This document shows positions 27,873 through 38,283 of a stretch of 52,390 nt of DNA, piece after piece (within the stretch, counting starts at the first letter, position 1; each line of letters starts with the position of its first letter). The position numbers and the translations under genes were made by a program. The stretch is from Promethearchaeia archaeon. Lineage in GTDB: Archaea > Asgardarchaeota > Lokiarchaeia > Sigyniarchaeales > SOKP01. Where the stretch lies: assembly GCA_029856145.1 (NCBI GenBank), contig JAHQWK010000007.1, forward strand, positions 1-52,390, in the 5' to 3' direction. The notes below the pieces were generated by a model, which was given only the letters and a program-made list of their open reading frames with translations, was not told the origin of the DNA and did no database searches.

Positions 27873-28463
27873 ATGTTTGATTGGATAAATTTTGGGTCAT
27901 TATTGCTCAGTATCTTTCTTTTTAGTTATTTATATACCTTAAGTATTCAACCAGTTAAGAGAGAAAAACGGAAAGATGACCAAGCCTGGAGGCAATGCAT
28001 GAAATTACGCGTAATTGCTAGTTTCTTTGAACTTATAATTGTAATAAACCTGATACTATGGATTTGGTTCCCAATTTCTTTAGTTAATTGGAAATTACAC
28101 ACAAATTATATAATTGGTATTTTGATTGGAATTTTAATTACCATTCCTTGTTTAATTATTCTTTTAAAGGGAATGAGAGATGCCGGTCAAGAATCTATTC
28201 AACCATCTAAAGAGACCCCAATGTATGGGGGGATATATAATTATATACGGCATCCTCAATCGCTTGGAGAATTCCCATTATTTATCGCAATAGCATTTAT
28301 AGTGAATTCTTGGTTTCTTATTATTCTAATGAGTGTTTACGTTATAATATATGTTCCAATTATGATTTACTATGAGGAACAAGACCTGATAAAACGTTTT
28401 GGTGAAAAATATAGGCAATACCAAAAAAGAACTGGAGCCTTATTTCCTAGATTTAAAAAATAA
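27873..28463 (+). CDS. Isoprenylcysteine carboxyl methyltransferase / PEMT family protein
   Basis: GIYNYIRHPQ, EEQDLIKRFGEKY. Confidence 0.85.
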   Translation: MFDWINFGSLLLSIFLFSYLYTLSIQPVKREKRKDDQAWRQCMKLRVIASFFELIIVINLILWIWFPISLVNWKLHTNYIIGILIGILITIPCLIILLKGMRDAGQESIQPSKETPMYGGIYNYIRHPQSLGEFPLFIAIAFIVNSWFLIILMSVYVIIYVPIMIYYEEQDLIKRFGEKYRQYQKRTGALFPRFKK

Positions 28464-28478
28464 ATTGTAAGATATTTT

Positions 28479-29333
28479 TCAAAAGATAATAGAGAAATAC
28501 TTTTTTAAATCTTTCACTCTTACGAAAAGTGCTGGTACACTTTTTCTGTACTTAATGTAATCTTCTCCAAATCTTTGAATCAGTTCTCTTTCTTCTACCA
28601 ATTTGATGTGTATATTTATTCCTATTAGAAATATTAAGAAATAGATAATAGAATAAATAGAGAACCTAAAAAAAATACTTCCAATCAAAAATAACATTAG
28701 ACTATGATAAGTTGGATGACGTAAAATAGAATAAATTTCGTGGTTTTGAAGTGTAGAATCTTCTGGATAATAAACATAGACTAAACCCATATAATCTATG
28801 CCAAAAATCATTAAAGCTTTTCTAACCACCATAAGGCCTAAAGCAAAAAATACAAGCCATAATACTAATCTAATAAAAAGGAAAATAACCGAAAAGTTGA
28901 AGAATATCTCAGAAATAGGAATACCTAAATACCAACTAATAGATTTATTATCCTCGTAAGGTACAATCAAATCCGTGGGGAAAAAGCTATGAATTACAAT
29001 TGAGATTATCATGGGGACGCCAGTCACCACAAATTTAAAGGCTTTTTGATAAGCTAATTTACTATCCTTATTCAAATATTTGTCTTTTTTCCGCCAGAAG
29101 GAAAGGACCAATGAAAAACCGATTACCAATATAAATAATGAACCAAATATAGGAGTTAATGGTTCCAATATCTTTAAGGCATTGTATTCTCTGAAAATAC
29201 GTGGTAGTGAATCCATTATTAATTGAAACACTAAGGAGCTTAAGAATACAATAATTACGATTATTAAGAATTTAACTAATCTTTTTCCCTGATAATCTGG
29301 TAATTTTTCTTTTAATTTATCAAATCCTTTCAT
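28479..29333 (-). CDS. ICMT/PEMT family protein
   Basis: IYSILRHPTY, EERELIQRFGEDY. Confidence 0.8.
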   Translation of the reverse strand: MKGFDKLKEKLPDYQGKRLVKFLIIVIIVFLSSLVFQLIMDSLPRIFREYNALKILEPLTPIFGSLFILVIGFSLVLSFWRKKDKYLNKDSKLAYQKAFKFVVTGVPMIISIVIHSFFPTDLIVPYEDNKSISWYLGIPISEIFFNFSVIFLFIRLVLWLVFFALGLMVVRKALMIFGIDYMGLVYVYYPEDSTLQNHEIYSILRHPTYHSLMLFLIGSIFFRFSIYSIIYFLIFLIGINIHIKLVEERELIQRFGEDYIKYRKSVPALFVRVKDLKKYFSIIF

Positions 29334-29498
29334 TCACTTTAATTACTCAATTATTTGTATTTAAAACTAACTTTTTTACATAATAATCGAGATTAAAAGG
29401 TAATAAATTTATTATAGACATTTTGAATTAAGTATATAAAATATCTAATTTAAGTAATATATTCCAAAATTAAAGATTAAACAAATTAGAGTGAGATA

Positions 29499-30335
29499 AT
29501 GACCATAGTTAAGGTTAATGATACCGAATTATATTATGAGGAACATGGTTCAGGGGATCCCTTCTTAGTTATGCACGGGGGCTTAGGAATGGATCATGCA
29601 TATTTTCGACCAGCGATAGATCCTCTAGGCGATATTCTCAAACTGATATTTTATGATCATAGAGGAGGGGGTCGATCTGGAAGACCACCAATCAATACTA
29701 TCACGTATGAGCAATTAGCTGATGATGCAGATGCATTACGTGAGATATTGGGTTATAACAAAATAGGAGTAATTGGGCATTCTGCTGGTGGATTTGTTGC
29801 CTTAAATTATGCAATTCGTCATCCGAAGAATATTAGTTATCTTATACTTATGGATGCTAGTCCTGCATTTGATTACATGGAAGAGATGATGGAGAACGTG
29901 ATGCGAAAAAATCCAACACCTGAAATTATAGAAACTTTAAATGCTCCGGTTGATCCTACTATAGAAGGCTTTAGAGAACAATTCAAAATTTTAAACCCGT
30001 TATATTTCTATGACTACAATTCTGAGATGGAAAAGATGGTTAATGAAGTGTTAAATAAAATGATATTAAATCCAGAAACAACAGCACTAAATGAGATATT
30101 GCTTCCAAAATATAACGTGAGTTCATTACTTACCAAAATTGAAGTACCGACATTGATTTTAGTTGGAAAAGATGATTTTATCTGTCCACCATCCCAAGCT
30201 CAGCGAATGCATGATGCAATTCCTAATTCCGAACTATTTATTTTTGAAAAATGCGGACATTACCCCTTCTATGAGGTACCAGATGAGTTTTTCAGTGTTG
30301 TTCGAGACTGGTTCAAACGAGTACATCTTAATTAG
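29499..30335 (+). CDS. Alpha/beta hydrolase (proline iminopeptidase-like)
   Basis: HGG, YDHRGGGRS, GHSAG nucleophile, D and CGH of the catalytic triad. Confidence 0.85.
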   Translation: MTIVKVNDTELYYEEHGSGDPFLVMHGGLGMDHAYFRPAIDPLGDILKLIFYDHRGGGRSGRPPINTITYEQLADDADALREILGYNKIGVIGHSAGGFVALNYAIRHPKNISYLILMDASPAFDYMEEMMENVMRKNPTPEIIETLNAPVDPTIEGFREQFKILNPLYFYDYNSEMEKMVNEVLNKMILNPETTALNEILLPKYNVSSLLTKIEVPTLILVGKDDFICPPSQAQRMHDAIPNSELFIFEKCGHYPFYEVPDEFFSVVRDWFKRVHLN

Positions 30336-30452
30336 AAACATAGTGTAAAATTTCAATATACTCAATTATCTTTTTTTTATTCGATTTTCAATATTTTGAA
30401 TACAGAAAGCAAAATTAGGTGTGTTTTTTAATGATAAGGTTTTTACAAAGTT

Positions 30453-31079
30453 ATGAAAATAGCAAAAGAGTTATTATATCCTGCTCCATTCTATAATTTC
30501 CTTTCTTATATCTCTGATTCTGATATAAATGGACCAATTCTCGATTGTGGCTCAGGTGGTCCTTATCCCAAACAAGCACTTTTTATTCAATTAGGTTTTG
30601 ATACTATTGGTATTGAATATTCAGAAGAAAGACTAGAAATGGCACAAGATTATGCGAAACAGCACAAATTAGAATTACCAATGCAATTGGGTGATATGCG
30701 ATTAATTTCATTTGAATCTAATTATTTCGGGTATGTTTATTCTTGGAATACGATATTTCACATGAATAAAATAGATATTAAAAAAGCTGTAGATGAAATG
30801 ATTCGGGTTTTAAAACCGGGAGGTCTCTGTTTCGTTAATTTCCTATCAGTAGATTCAGAGTTTTCCGGTGAAGGTGAAGAACAAAATCCAGGGGAATTTT
30901 TACAAATTGAAGGTGATGAGAAAATCATACATACTTTTTTCACTGACGAAGAATCTGATGGATTTTTTAGAAACTTAGAGATTGAGATATTACATAAAGA
31001 AAAGAGAATATTACACAAGAAACTTGAAGATCGAGTAATGAAAGATAGCTATATTGATTATATTGTTCAAAAGAAATGA
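30453..31079 (+). CDS. Class I SAM-dependent methyltransferase
   Basis: ILDCGSGG, GDMR, RVLKPGG. Confidence 0.85.
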   Translation: MKIAKELLYPAPFYNFLSYISDSDINGPILDCGSGGPYPKQALFIQLGFDTIGIEYSEERLEMAQDYAKQHKLELPMQLGDMRLISFESNYFGYVYSWNTIFHMNKIDIKKAVDEMIRVLKPGGLCFVNFLSVDSEFSGEGEEQNPGEFLQIEGDEKIIHTFFTDEESDGFFRNLEIEILHKEKRILHKKLEDRVMKDSYIDYIVQKK

Positions 31080-31194
31080 GTTTGAAAACAATTTAAACCC
31101 TAAACAGTGTATCTATTGATTTTTCTTTGAAGAAGTTGAATCCTTACTCTTATCAAATCATGGTGATTGTTTTTTATACTAAATTCAATATAGG

Positions 31195-31228
31195 TCTACT
31201 CTTGGGTAATAATTTACCCAAGAATAGA
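31195..31228. terminator. 15-bp inverted repeat between convergent genes (possible terminator or protein-binding site)
   Basis: tctactcttgggtaa-taat-ttacccaagaataga (1 mismatch), followed by an A-run. Confidence 0.45.
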
Positions 31229-31419
31229 AAAAAAAATGAGATGATCGGAATGATCAATTAAAAAAAATATTCTTGACATAAAAAGAACTATGGTATAATT
31301 TTCCCCAATTAATATAAATTAGTTAGTTTTTATCACTTAAAAAAAAAATGCATAAGTCTAAAGCAGAGATAACAAGATAAAAAAAAAAAAAATAGGATTT
31401 GTTAGAATTTTTTTTACAA

Positions 31420-33621
31420 TTACACAATCGTCCATTCATAACCAGTTGAGAAAGTATGGGTATAACCTGGTTGATTTGCAACTACCATTAGGACATATTT
31501 TTCAGATGTTAGAGTAGCAGATAACTCGAAACTTGCCGTACCATATTGATCGACGTTAAGTATCATTGATTCAATACTTGTAACAACGCCTTCGTCAATC
31601 GTGATAATATCTACCTCAAAATCGTTATAGTGAAGAGAGCTATCACAAGTCCATCCGTTTTCAATAACCCAGTTACTTACTCCTTCGAAATCATCGAATT
31701 CGCCAAGTTCGGGTATACTGATATCATCGACAAACCAACCTCCTCCAATTGTATATGGATCAGTCCAATAGGTAAAGTAGATTTCGATTTCATGTCCCGC
31801 GAATGGTGTAAGATCCATTTCTTCTTCATACCATTCAGTTACAGTACCCGTGAAGGCATTCCACAATTCATCTTCATAATAACCAGTTGGTTCTAGACCC
31901 CAATCAGTTTCATCTCCGGGGCAGTTTTCATTGTCTATTCCTTCATTTTTAGGTAATGTATCCACTGTATTGATACCTTCAAGAGTACACCATGTATCCA
32001 TTGTCAAGTCGTGAACTTCCACGTAACCATAGTCCCAATCCAACTCGATATCATATTGCGTCATAAAGTTAAGAGTTGCAGCAGAATGTCCTGTAAGGTC
32101 AAAATATTGATGGAATCTATACCACGCCCATGCGTCTCCATTTGAAGACATTTTGAAATCACCACTATAGGCGGTAATACCAGTCCATACATCCCCGTCA
32201 AATGTTAGATCAAAGTTAGCGGAACCTGGATGGTAATGGAATTCGATATAGTTTGCGGTATAGGGTAAAGTCGTGTCACTTCCACTTTTTGCAACTTTAT
32301 CATATAGGTCAGGAGTATTTTCCAATATTAGAGGGATGCTAAGATCTTCAGAATCACTGGAAGGAATATCTAACTCATAGTATCCATAAACTCCATCTAC
32401 ACCGAGCGAAGTATCATCAAAATAATTCGCAAGCATCCAATCATGGAATATCTCATCAAAAGTTTTTTCCGTACGACCTACAAGAATAGCGCTCCACCCA
32501 TCAATTCCATTCAACTGTTCATGTGTAAGATCCCATATCAGACTGGCATCACCATAATGTTCCCACATGTAATATGTCCAGAGGAACACGCCTCCATAAT
32601 CATATAGGTTGCCTTGCCAGTAAGTTAATTCATCTAGGTGGTGGTTAAGGAGATATTCTGAGATGTGTCCCGGTGAAAATCCATAACCACAAACCCATTC
32701 TGCCAAAGTGGCGCATCCTTCATCTACCCATGATAATTCATCAGAATCTACGTCGTAATGAACAAGATGCTGAAATTCATGAGCGAAAGTACCATCATAC
32801 TGGAGAGGAAGTGGACTAAGACCATAATGAGTTTCAGTTGGGGTTCCAGCTCTTCTCCACCATTGATAGGTATCCATGTGGAAAATGTTTGAATCAAATA
32901 GTTCACTTACGTATGACCAGAAATAGCCCATAATGAACCATCCTGATTTGTATGGATCATAAAAGAGCCCATCCCGCATGTTGAAGATTAAAACTTGGAT
33001 TTTACCATCATCTAATGGACCTGGTCGATAAGCATATTCTCCGAAATGGGTCACAACACCATCATGAATATTGCCATCGAATTCCTCCTTTATATTTAAT
33101 AAATCTTGTCCAGTTATCCAATCACGATACTCTGGTGGTAAATAGTATCCATCTTCATCAGGATCAGGAGCGTGTGCTCTTTTTGCGGCTATTCCTTCAG
33201 AGCTCCAAGGATAAGCAAAATACCAGACATCATCCTCAAAACCTTCGCCATTTGCGACGTATTCATCGGAGAATCCATCATAATCTTCATCACTTAATCC
33301 GATCCAAAAATTACATTTTTCCCCTTCCAAAACCATTTCAAATTCTTGATCATACATCTCTCCTGTAAAATCATCACTCACAGTGACAACCCATGTATCT
33401 CCAATACCAGAAGTTTGAAGCATACTAGAAGAATGAAGCATACTAGAAGAATAAGGTTTTTTATCTTTTAATAAGGATGTTCCATCAATACCCACATATT
33501 CTCGAATTTCTGGTTCGTTATATGTGAACAACATCGATAATATCATCGAAACACTAGAAACACTTAGAATCGTTAGGAATATTGTTAATACAACAATTTG
33601 TTTTTTTCTCATTATTTTCAA
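31420..33621 (-). CDS. Secreted zinc metallopeptidase (M30/immune inhibitor A-like) with a C-terminal beta-sandwich
   Basis: N-terminal signal/TM, AHEFQHLVH, WVDEG, YDIELDWDYGYVEV and GWFVDDI InhA-like C-terminal motifs. Confidence 0.75.
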   Translation of the reverse strand: MKIMRKKQIVVLTIFLTILSVSSVSMILSMLFTYNEPEIREYVGIDGTSLLKDKKPYSSSMLHSSSMLQTSGIGDTWVVTVSDDFTGEMYDQEFEMVLEGEKCNFWIGLSDEDYDGFSDEYVANGEGFEDDVWYFAYPWSSEGIAAKRAHAPDPDEDGYYLPPEYRDWITGQDLLNIKEEFDGNIHDGVVTHFGEYAYRPGPLDDGKIQVLIFNMRDGLFYDPYKSGWFIMGYFWSYVSELFDSNIFHMDTYQWWRRAGTPTETHYGLSPLPLQYDGTFAHEFQHLVHYDVDSDELSWVDEGCATLAEWVCGYGFSPGHISEYLLNHHLDELTYWQGNLYDYGGVFLWTYYMWEHYGDASLIWDLTHEQLNGIDGWSAILVGRTEKTFDEIFHDWMLANYFDDTSLGVDGVYGYYELDIPSSDSEDLSIPLILENTPDLYDKVAKSGSDTTLPYTANYIEFHYHPGSANFDLTFDGDVWTGITAYSGDFKMSSNGDAWAWYRFHQYFDLTGHSAATLNFMTQYDIELDWDYGYVEVHDLTMDTWCTLEGINTVDTLPKNEGIDNENCPGDETDWGLEPTGYYEDELWNAFTGTVTEWYEEEMDLTPFAGHEIEIYFTYWTDPYTIGGGWFVDDISIPELGEFDDFEGVSNWVIENGWTCDSSLHYNDFEVDIITIDEGVVTSIESMILNVDQYGTASFELSATLTSEKYVLMVVANQPGYTHTFSTGYEWTIV
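33416..33451. repeat. Exact 18-bp tandem duplication inside the peptidase gene
   Basis: tgaagcatactagaagaa x2 (SSSMLH SSSMLQ). Confidence 0.85.
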
Positions 33622-33766
33622 ACCTCATAAAAGTTTGTGTTTAAAAAAAATGTGAATGACATTAAAAGAAATAAGGTATAACTATTCCCATTTGACAAAA
33701 AATTAAACTGAAATTAAACGTAAGTAGATCATATCTTTTTTATATTGGTGTGTTTTATCATATTTT

Positions 33767-34927
33767 ATGAATATTTTAAATACATTTATCATAATCCATC
33801 TTAAACTTAAGCAATATAAATTACAGTTTATATTTTTCTTTCTGTTTTGGCTCATAGGTTTTCTTTTCTTTCTTATCACTGAACCCGAATATAATTTGGG
33901 GGAAATAATTTTATTTTCAATAACAGTGAATATTCCTTCTGAGGCAGGAGATTTTGGTCAATTCTATGCTGTAATATGGCCAATTCTATTAGAAGTGATT
34001 TTCTTTGGATTTATCATGGGAGAACTATTTGAAAAATATAACCCTGTTGTTACTAGTAGAATTCTCGCTTCTCATAAACGAAATCATGCAGTAATTATTG
34101 GATATCATCATCTTTCTGAGAGAGTTATAGAGTATTGTATTAAAAATAAAGAGCAATTCTGTCTTATTGAAGATAGTGAAGAAGCTGTCGAAGATCTAAT
34201 TAATGCAGGACATCCAGTAGTAATTGGCGATGCCACTGAGACCGCTAACCTTGAATTAGCAAATGTAAAACATGCTAAGGAAGTTTTTATTAATACCAAT
34301 GACGTTAGAATCGCAATAATTTGTTCTGAAAAGATTCGTAAGATGAATCCAGATTGCCATATCTATGTTCGGGCATTTGAAGATCATGTACAAGAATATC
34401 TTAGAGAACCACCACTAAATGCATTTTCCTTCTCAACATCTAAATGGGCTATGGATAATGTCCAGGAATGGATTAAAAATAAAACTGGTACTGCAATTGT
34501 AATTGGAAGAGATAGCTTAACACATCGAATTGCATACCATATTTCTCAACAACCAGATCGGGAAGTCTACCTTTTTGATGATATTCATGATGGTATAGAA
34601 TTTGTAGTGAATAAGCAATTACATATATGCAAGGATTTTGCCTGTTTTTTAAGTGATTTACGAGCCCATGTGAACTTAGAAGACGTAACTCAAGTTTTTA
34701 TTTGTTGGAAGCGAGAATCAGAATTTGACGAATCTATTTATCTCACATCTAAATTAAATTTGCGATATCCTCATATTGAGGTGTTTGTAAGAATTTTTGA
34801 TGAAGAACTCAAGGATATAATAAAAAAATACAATGCCAAAACGTTTTCAACTTCTAAAAAGGCGTTTAAAATGCTTCAGAAAGTAGTCAAACCAGATTCA
34901 GTAATTGCTCCGATAATGATGAAATAA
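33767..34927 (+). CDS. Membrane protein with TrkA-N/RCK domains (K+ channel-like)
   Basis: Two TMs, HAVIIGY, VIGDAT...LELANV..A, second RCK-like half. No GYG filter visible. Confidence 0.7.
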   Translation: MNILNTFIIIHLKLKQYKLQFIFFFLFWLIGFLFFLITEPEYNLGEIILFSITVNIPSEAGDFGQFYAVIWPILLEVIFFGFIMGELFEKYNPVVTSRILASHKRNHAVIIGYHHLSERVIEYCIKNKEQFCLIEDSEEAVEDLINAGHPVVIGDATETANLELANVKHAKEVFINTNDVRIAIICSEKIRKMNPDCHIYVRAFEDHVQEYLREPPLNAFSFSTSKWAMDNVQEWIKNKTGTAIVIGRDSLTHRIAYHISQQPDREVYLFDDIHDGIEFVVNKQLHICKDFACFLSDLRAHVNLEDVTQVFICWKRESEFDESIYLTSKLNLRYPHIEVFVRIFDEELKDIIKKYNAKTFSTSKKAFKMLQKVVKPDSVIAPIMMK

Positions 34928-35153
34928 AAAGAGAAAATATTATTTTTTAAGTTTAAATAATTGAGGAATTATATTTCACCTTCAAGGAATTTTTTTGTAA
35001 GACGAAGTATGAATTCAGTAATTTAAGACGGTAAAAGAGGATCCTAGAATTGCCCTATAATCAGTAGTAAATGATTCAAGATATTAGGTTTGACCAATCA
35101 TTCATTACATAAATTAAAAAGAAATTTTGGACTATTTTAAGAGAGTGATAGCT

Positions 35154-36086
35154 ATGATAAATAATAATAAAGTTTTGCAGAATTTTTATACAAGTTTAGA
35201 ACTGAAAGGTTATAAAGGAAAGATAGTATCCGCAGAACATATTCCGGATCTACGTAAAGATGTTCAAAAACATCGGGAGCAAAATCTTTTAGATCCTGAA
35301 TTTTATGAAGAATATAAGTCTTATTTTGAATTTGAGCCAGAAGTGGATTTTCCTGAAATAAAATCACTTTTTATTATATCACTTCCACAACCACAATTTG
35401 AAGCCATATTTCACTGGAATAATAAAAAGATCTCTTTACTGATTCCTCCTACATATTTATATGGACGAAAAGTAATTGATCATATGATTGAATTTCTAAA
35501 CGAGATATTAGAGCCAGAAGGGTATAATGTAGCATACGCTATGCTCCCTCAAAAAACCTTAGCTGTACGTAGTGAATTAGCTGAGTACGGTAGAAACAAT
35601 ATCACCTATGTATCAGGAATGGGCAGTTTTCATCGTTTAACAACATTATATTCAGATTTTCCTATTGAACAAGATAATTGGCAAGAATTACGAATGATGG
35701 ATATGTGTAAGGAATGTTCAGCATGTACGGATAAATGTCCAACAGGAGCAATTCCAACTGATCGTTTTCTATTACGAGTTGAGCGTTGTCTCACATATCA
35801 TAATGAACATCCACCAGAGACTCCTTTTCCAGATTGGATTGATCCCGCGTGGCATAATTGTCTAGTAGGGTGTCTTCATTGTCAGAAAGTATGCCCAGCA
35901 AATAAAAAAGTTATGAATTGGACTGAAAAAGGACCTGAATTTAGTGAAGAAGAAACAAAATTAATATTAGATGGTGTAAGCTTTGATGATCTTCATAAGG
36001 AAACCAAGGAGAAAATTGAAAAGTATGATCTAGTCAATTATTTCGAGGTTCTTCCCCGTAATTTAACTCCTTTCTTAAAAATTTAA
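35154..36086 (+). CDS. Epoxyqueuosine reductase (QueG)-like 4Fe-4S protein
   Basis: YGRNN....GMGS, CKECSACTDKCPTGA, CLTY, GCLHCQKVCP. Confidence 0.75.
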   Translation: MINNNKVLQNFYTSLELKGYKGKIVSAEHIPDLRKDVQKHREQNLLDPEFYEEYKSYFEFEPEVDFPEIKSLFIISLPQPQFEAIFHWNNKKISLLIPPTYLYGRKVIDHMIEFLNEILEPEGYNVAYAMLPQKTLAVRSELAEYGRNNITYVSGMGSFHRLTTLYSDFPIEQDNWQELRMMDMCKECSACTDKCPTGAIPTDRFLLRVERCLTYHNEHPPETPFPDWIDPAWHNCLVGCLHCQKVCPANKKVMNWTEKGPEFSEEETKLILDGVSFDDLHKETKEKIEKYDLVNYFEVLPRNLTPFLKI

Positions 36087-36101
36087 TTTATTTAACTTAC
36101 T

Positions 36102-36617
36102 TTACCATTCATATCTACATTTAGTGCAAGTTTTCTTTTTTGCGTAGATACGTCTTGGAATGTAGCTAATTACATTGGATTTGTCATCAACTTCTCTTAT
36201 AGCAAATCCCATCGCCCCGCAATTTGGGCACTGTCTTTTATTAATTCTAGGATCATTGCTAGCTGTAAATGTAGGGGTTGATTGTTCAATTAGGGTTGTT
36301 GTTGGGGTTGGTTGTGGTATAGGTACTGGTTGTGATATGGGTGCTGATTGTGGTGGAGGTGCTGGTGAAGGTGCTGGTGGAGGTGCATAAGATTGTTGAT
36401 CTGGGTAAGGAGGTGGTTTTAATTCGTGTGATACGTTTTGAATTTGCGCGTTTAGTTGATGATTCTCATTAGTTAATTCAGTTATTTGATGGTCCTTTTC
36501 AGCTATAAGCGCTTGATAAAAATGAATTTTGGAAAATAATTCTGTAATTTGATCTGTTAACTTATTAATTGTTTTTTCATATTCCGAGATCGGATCATCT
36601 GGGTTGTCATACATCAT
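36102..36617 (-). CDS. Coiled-coil / proline-rich / zinc-ribbon protein
   Basis: Heptad N-terminus, PPPAPSPAPPP, CPNCG...CTKC. Confidence 0.7.
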   Translation of the reverse strand: MMYDNPDDPISEYEKTINKLTDQITELFSKIHFYQALIAEKDHQITELTNENHQLNAQIQNVSHELKPPPYPDQQSYAPPPAPSPAPPPQSAPISQPVPIPQPTPTTTLIEQSTPTFTASNDPRINKRQCPNCGAMGFAIREVDDKSNVISYIPRRIYAKKKTCTKCRYEW

Positions 36618-36854
36618 AATTCTTGCACCTCATTACAACCAAAATTGTCGCTTATTTCTATAGAATTTAGTTTGGTTTACTATATAAATGTTTTTGGAGA
36701 GGAATTTTCGAAAAATAGTAAAATGGTTTTTTCTTTTTTTTAAAATTTTAGTATTTATCTGAAAGACATAAAAATTTAGGTATCTTATATATAAATATAG
36801 ATGAAATTTTTAATTCAATTTTTAAGAATTTAATCATATTTCAGAGATAGTTTT

Positions 36855-37490
36855 ATGAATCGTGTCTTAAATGAAATAAGGGATGATAATAGGGAATTTC
36901 TTACTTCTGAGGAAATAAAAGAATATTGTGATGATTTATATCTTAATTACAAAACCAGTAGTGATTATTTAATATCGCGCGGATATTTAGTAAATATTTT
37001 GGAAGACATTTATTATGTGAAGACTATTGATGAAGTGAGAGAAAAAAAAATCAAATATTCACTTTTGGAGCTTGTAGCAAAGAGTTTAAATACTAAGCTT
37101 GTTAAAAATTGGTACTATGGGCTTTATACTGCATTAAATTTAAGTAATATAGAGCATGATCATCAAGATGAAATTTTCTATGTTATTAATGATCAGATGG
37201 TAAAAAATAAACCAATAAAGATTTTCGGAAAGAATTTTAGATTTCTAAGATTCAAAAATGCTCTATTTAATTTTGGAATAATAAACAACAAAGTAAGATA
37301 CTCAGATCATGAGAAGACGATTTTAGATTTAATTTATTTATGGGAATATAATCATATAAATGAAAATAGAATATTAATTGAGATCGCTAAATTGTTAGAC
37401 GGAATTTCTAAAGAAAAAGTATTAGAATATGCCCAATATTATCCAAATTCGAATCAAAAACTAATGATAAAAGCATTAGACCCACTATAG
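36855..37490 (+). CDS. AbiEi-like (type IV TA antitoxin / transcriptional regulator) protein
   Basis: wHTH-like N-terminus (YLISRGYL...IYYV), YYGLYTAL, YSDHEKTILD. Confidence 0.6.
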   Translation: MNRVLNEIRDDNREFLTSEEIKEYCDDLYLNYKTSSDYLISRGYLVNILEDIYYVKTIDEVREKKIKYSLLELVAKSLNTKLVKNWYYGLYTALNLSNIEHDHQDEIFYVINDQMVKNKPIKIFGKNFRFLRFKNALFNFGIINNKVRYSDHEKTILDLIYLWEYNHINENRILIEIAKLLDGISKEKVLEYAQYYPNSNQKLMIKALDPL

Positions 37491-37608
37491 TCTATTATCT
37501 ATTTAATTATTTTTTATATTATTTTTAATTAACCCTTTAAATTGATTTTATGTTATGTTAAAATTCTTTAATAGAAAAAGAAGATTAGTTAAGATTATTA
37601 ATTTTTTC

Positions 37609-38106
37609 TCATCTTTTAAATGGAATTGGAATCCATTTTGATACTTTCTCTTTATATTTTATATATTCTTCACCAAACATATTTTCAAGAATGTTTTCTT
37701 CAAAATTTACCATCCAGTTATAAACTAAGAAAACTGGAATAAAGAGCCCGATGCTAATTAATGAGAGGGAAAATAAGATAAATGCTACATAAATTAACAA
37801 TATTCCAAGATACATTGGATTTCTCACATAACCAAGAATCCCATTAGTAATTAATGAATCGGATGGTTTATGAGATTTAAATAAAGCTCGATGTGATAGT
37901 GTTATAGAACTAAGAGCAATGCCAAAAACTAATATAAATAATATTATGCGAATTGTAAAGGGTACAAAATCATTTAAGAAAGTAGAAATTCTAAATATGT
38001 TTGAATCTAAAAACCATATTGTAAAGAACACTATTGGCATTACTGCATGATATATGTGTCCATTTGGTATTTCTCTCTCATGACCTTCATGTCTTTTAAC
38101 CTTCAT
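37609..38106 (-). CDS. ICMT/PEMT family protein
   Basis: LITNGILGYVRNPMY, EENILENMFGEEY. Confidence 0.85.
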   Translation of the reverse strand: MKVKRHEGHEREIPNGHIYHAVMPIVFFTIWFLDSNIFRISTFLNDFVPFTIRIILFILVFGIALSSITLSHRALFKSHKPSDSLITNGILGYVRNPMYLGILLIYVAFILFSLSLISIGLFIPVFLVYNWMVNFEENILENMFGEEYIKYKEKVSKWIPIPFKR

Positions 38107-38191
38107 TTTTAATCAATAAATTCTAGAGTTTTATATTTTAGATTTTGAGACTTTTTATTTAATTTTTATATAGTCCAATTTTTCATATTCA

Positions 38192-38210
38192 TTTATAATT
38201 TTTTCATACC
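38192..38210 (-). repeat. 19-bp copy of the 3' end of the methyltransferase gene (39092-39110)
   Basis: tttataattttttcatacc at both sites, 900 bp apart (GMKKL*). Confidence 0.65.
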
Positions 38211-38283
38211 CATGGTTGCAGTTGTAGAACTTGTTGAGCTACAACTTAATTATTCTAAAATAAAACTTAGAGATATATGAATT

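Noticed and set aside
31273-31299. TTGACA...TATAAT sigma70-like promoter
   Set aside because: The spacer is only 15 nt, the host looks archaeal, there is no downstream gene on that strand, and such matches are expected by chance in AT-rich DNA.
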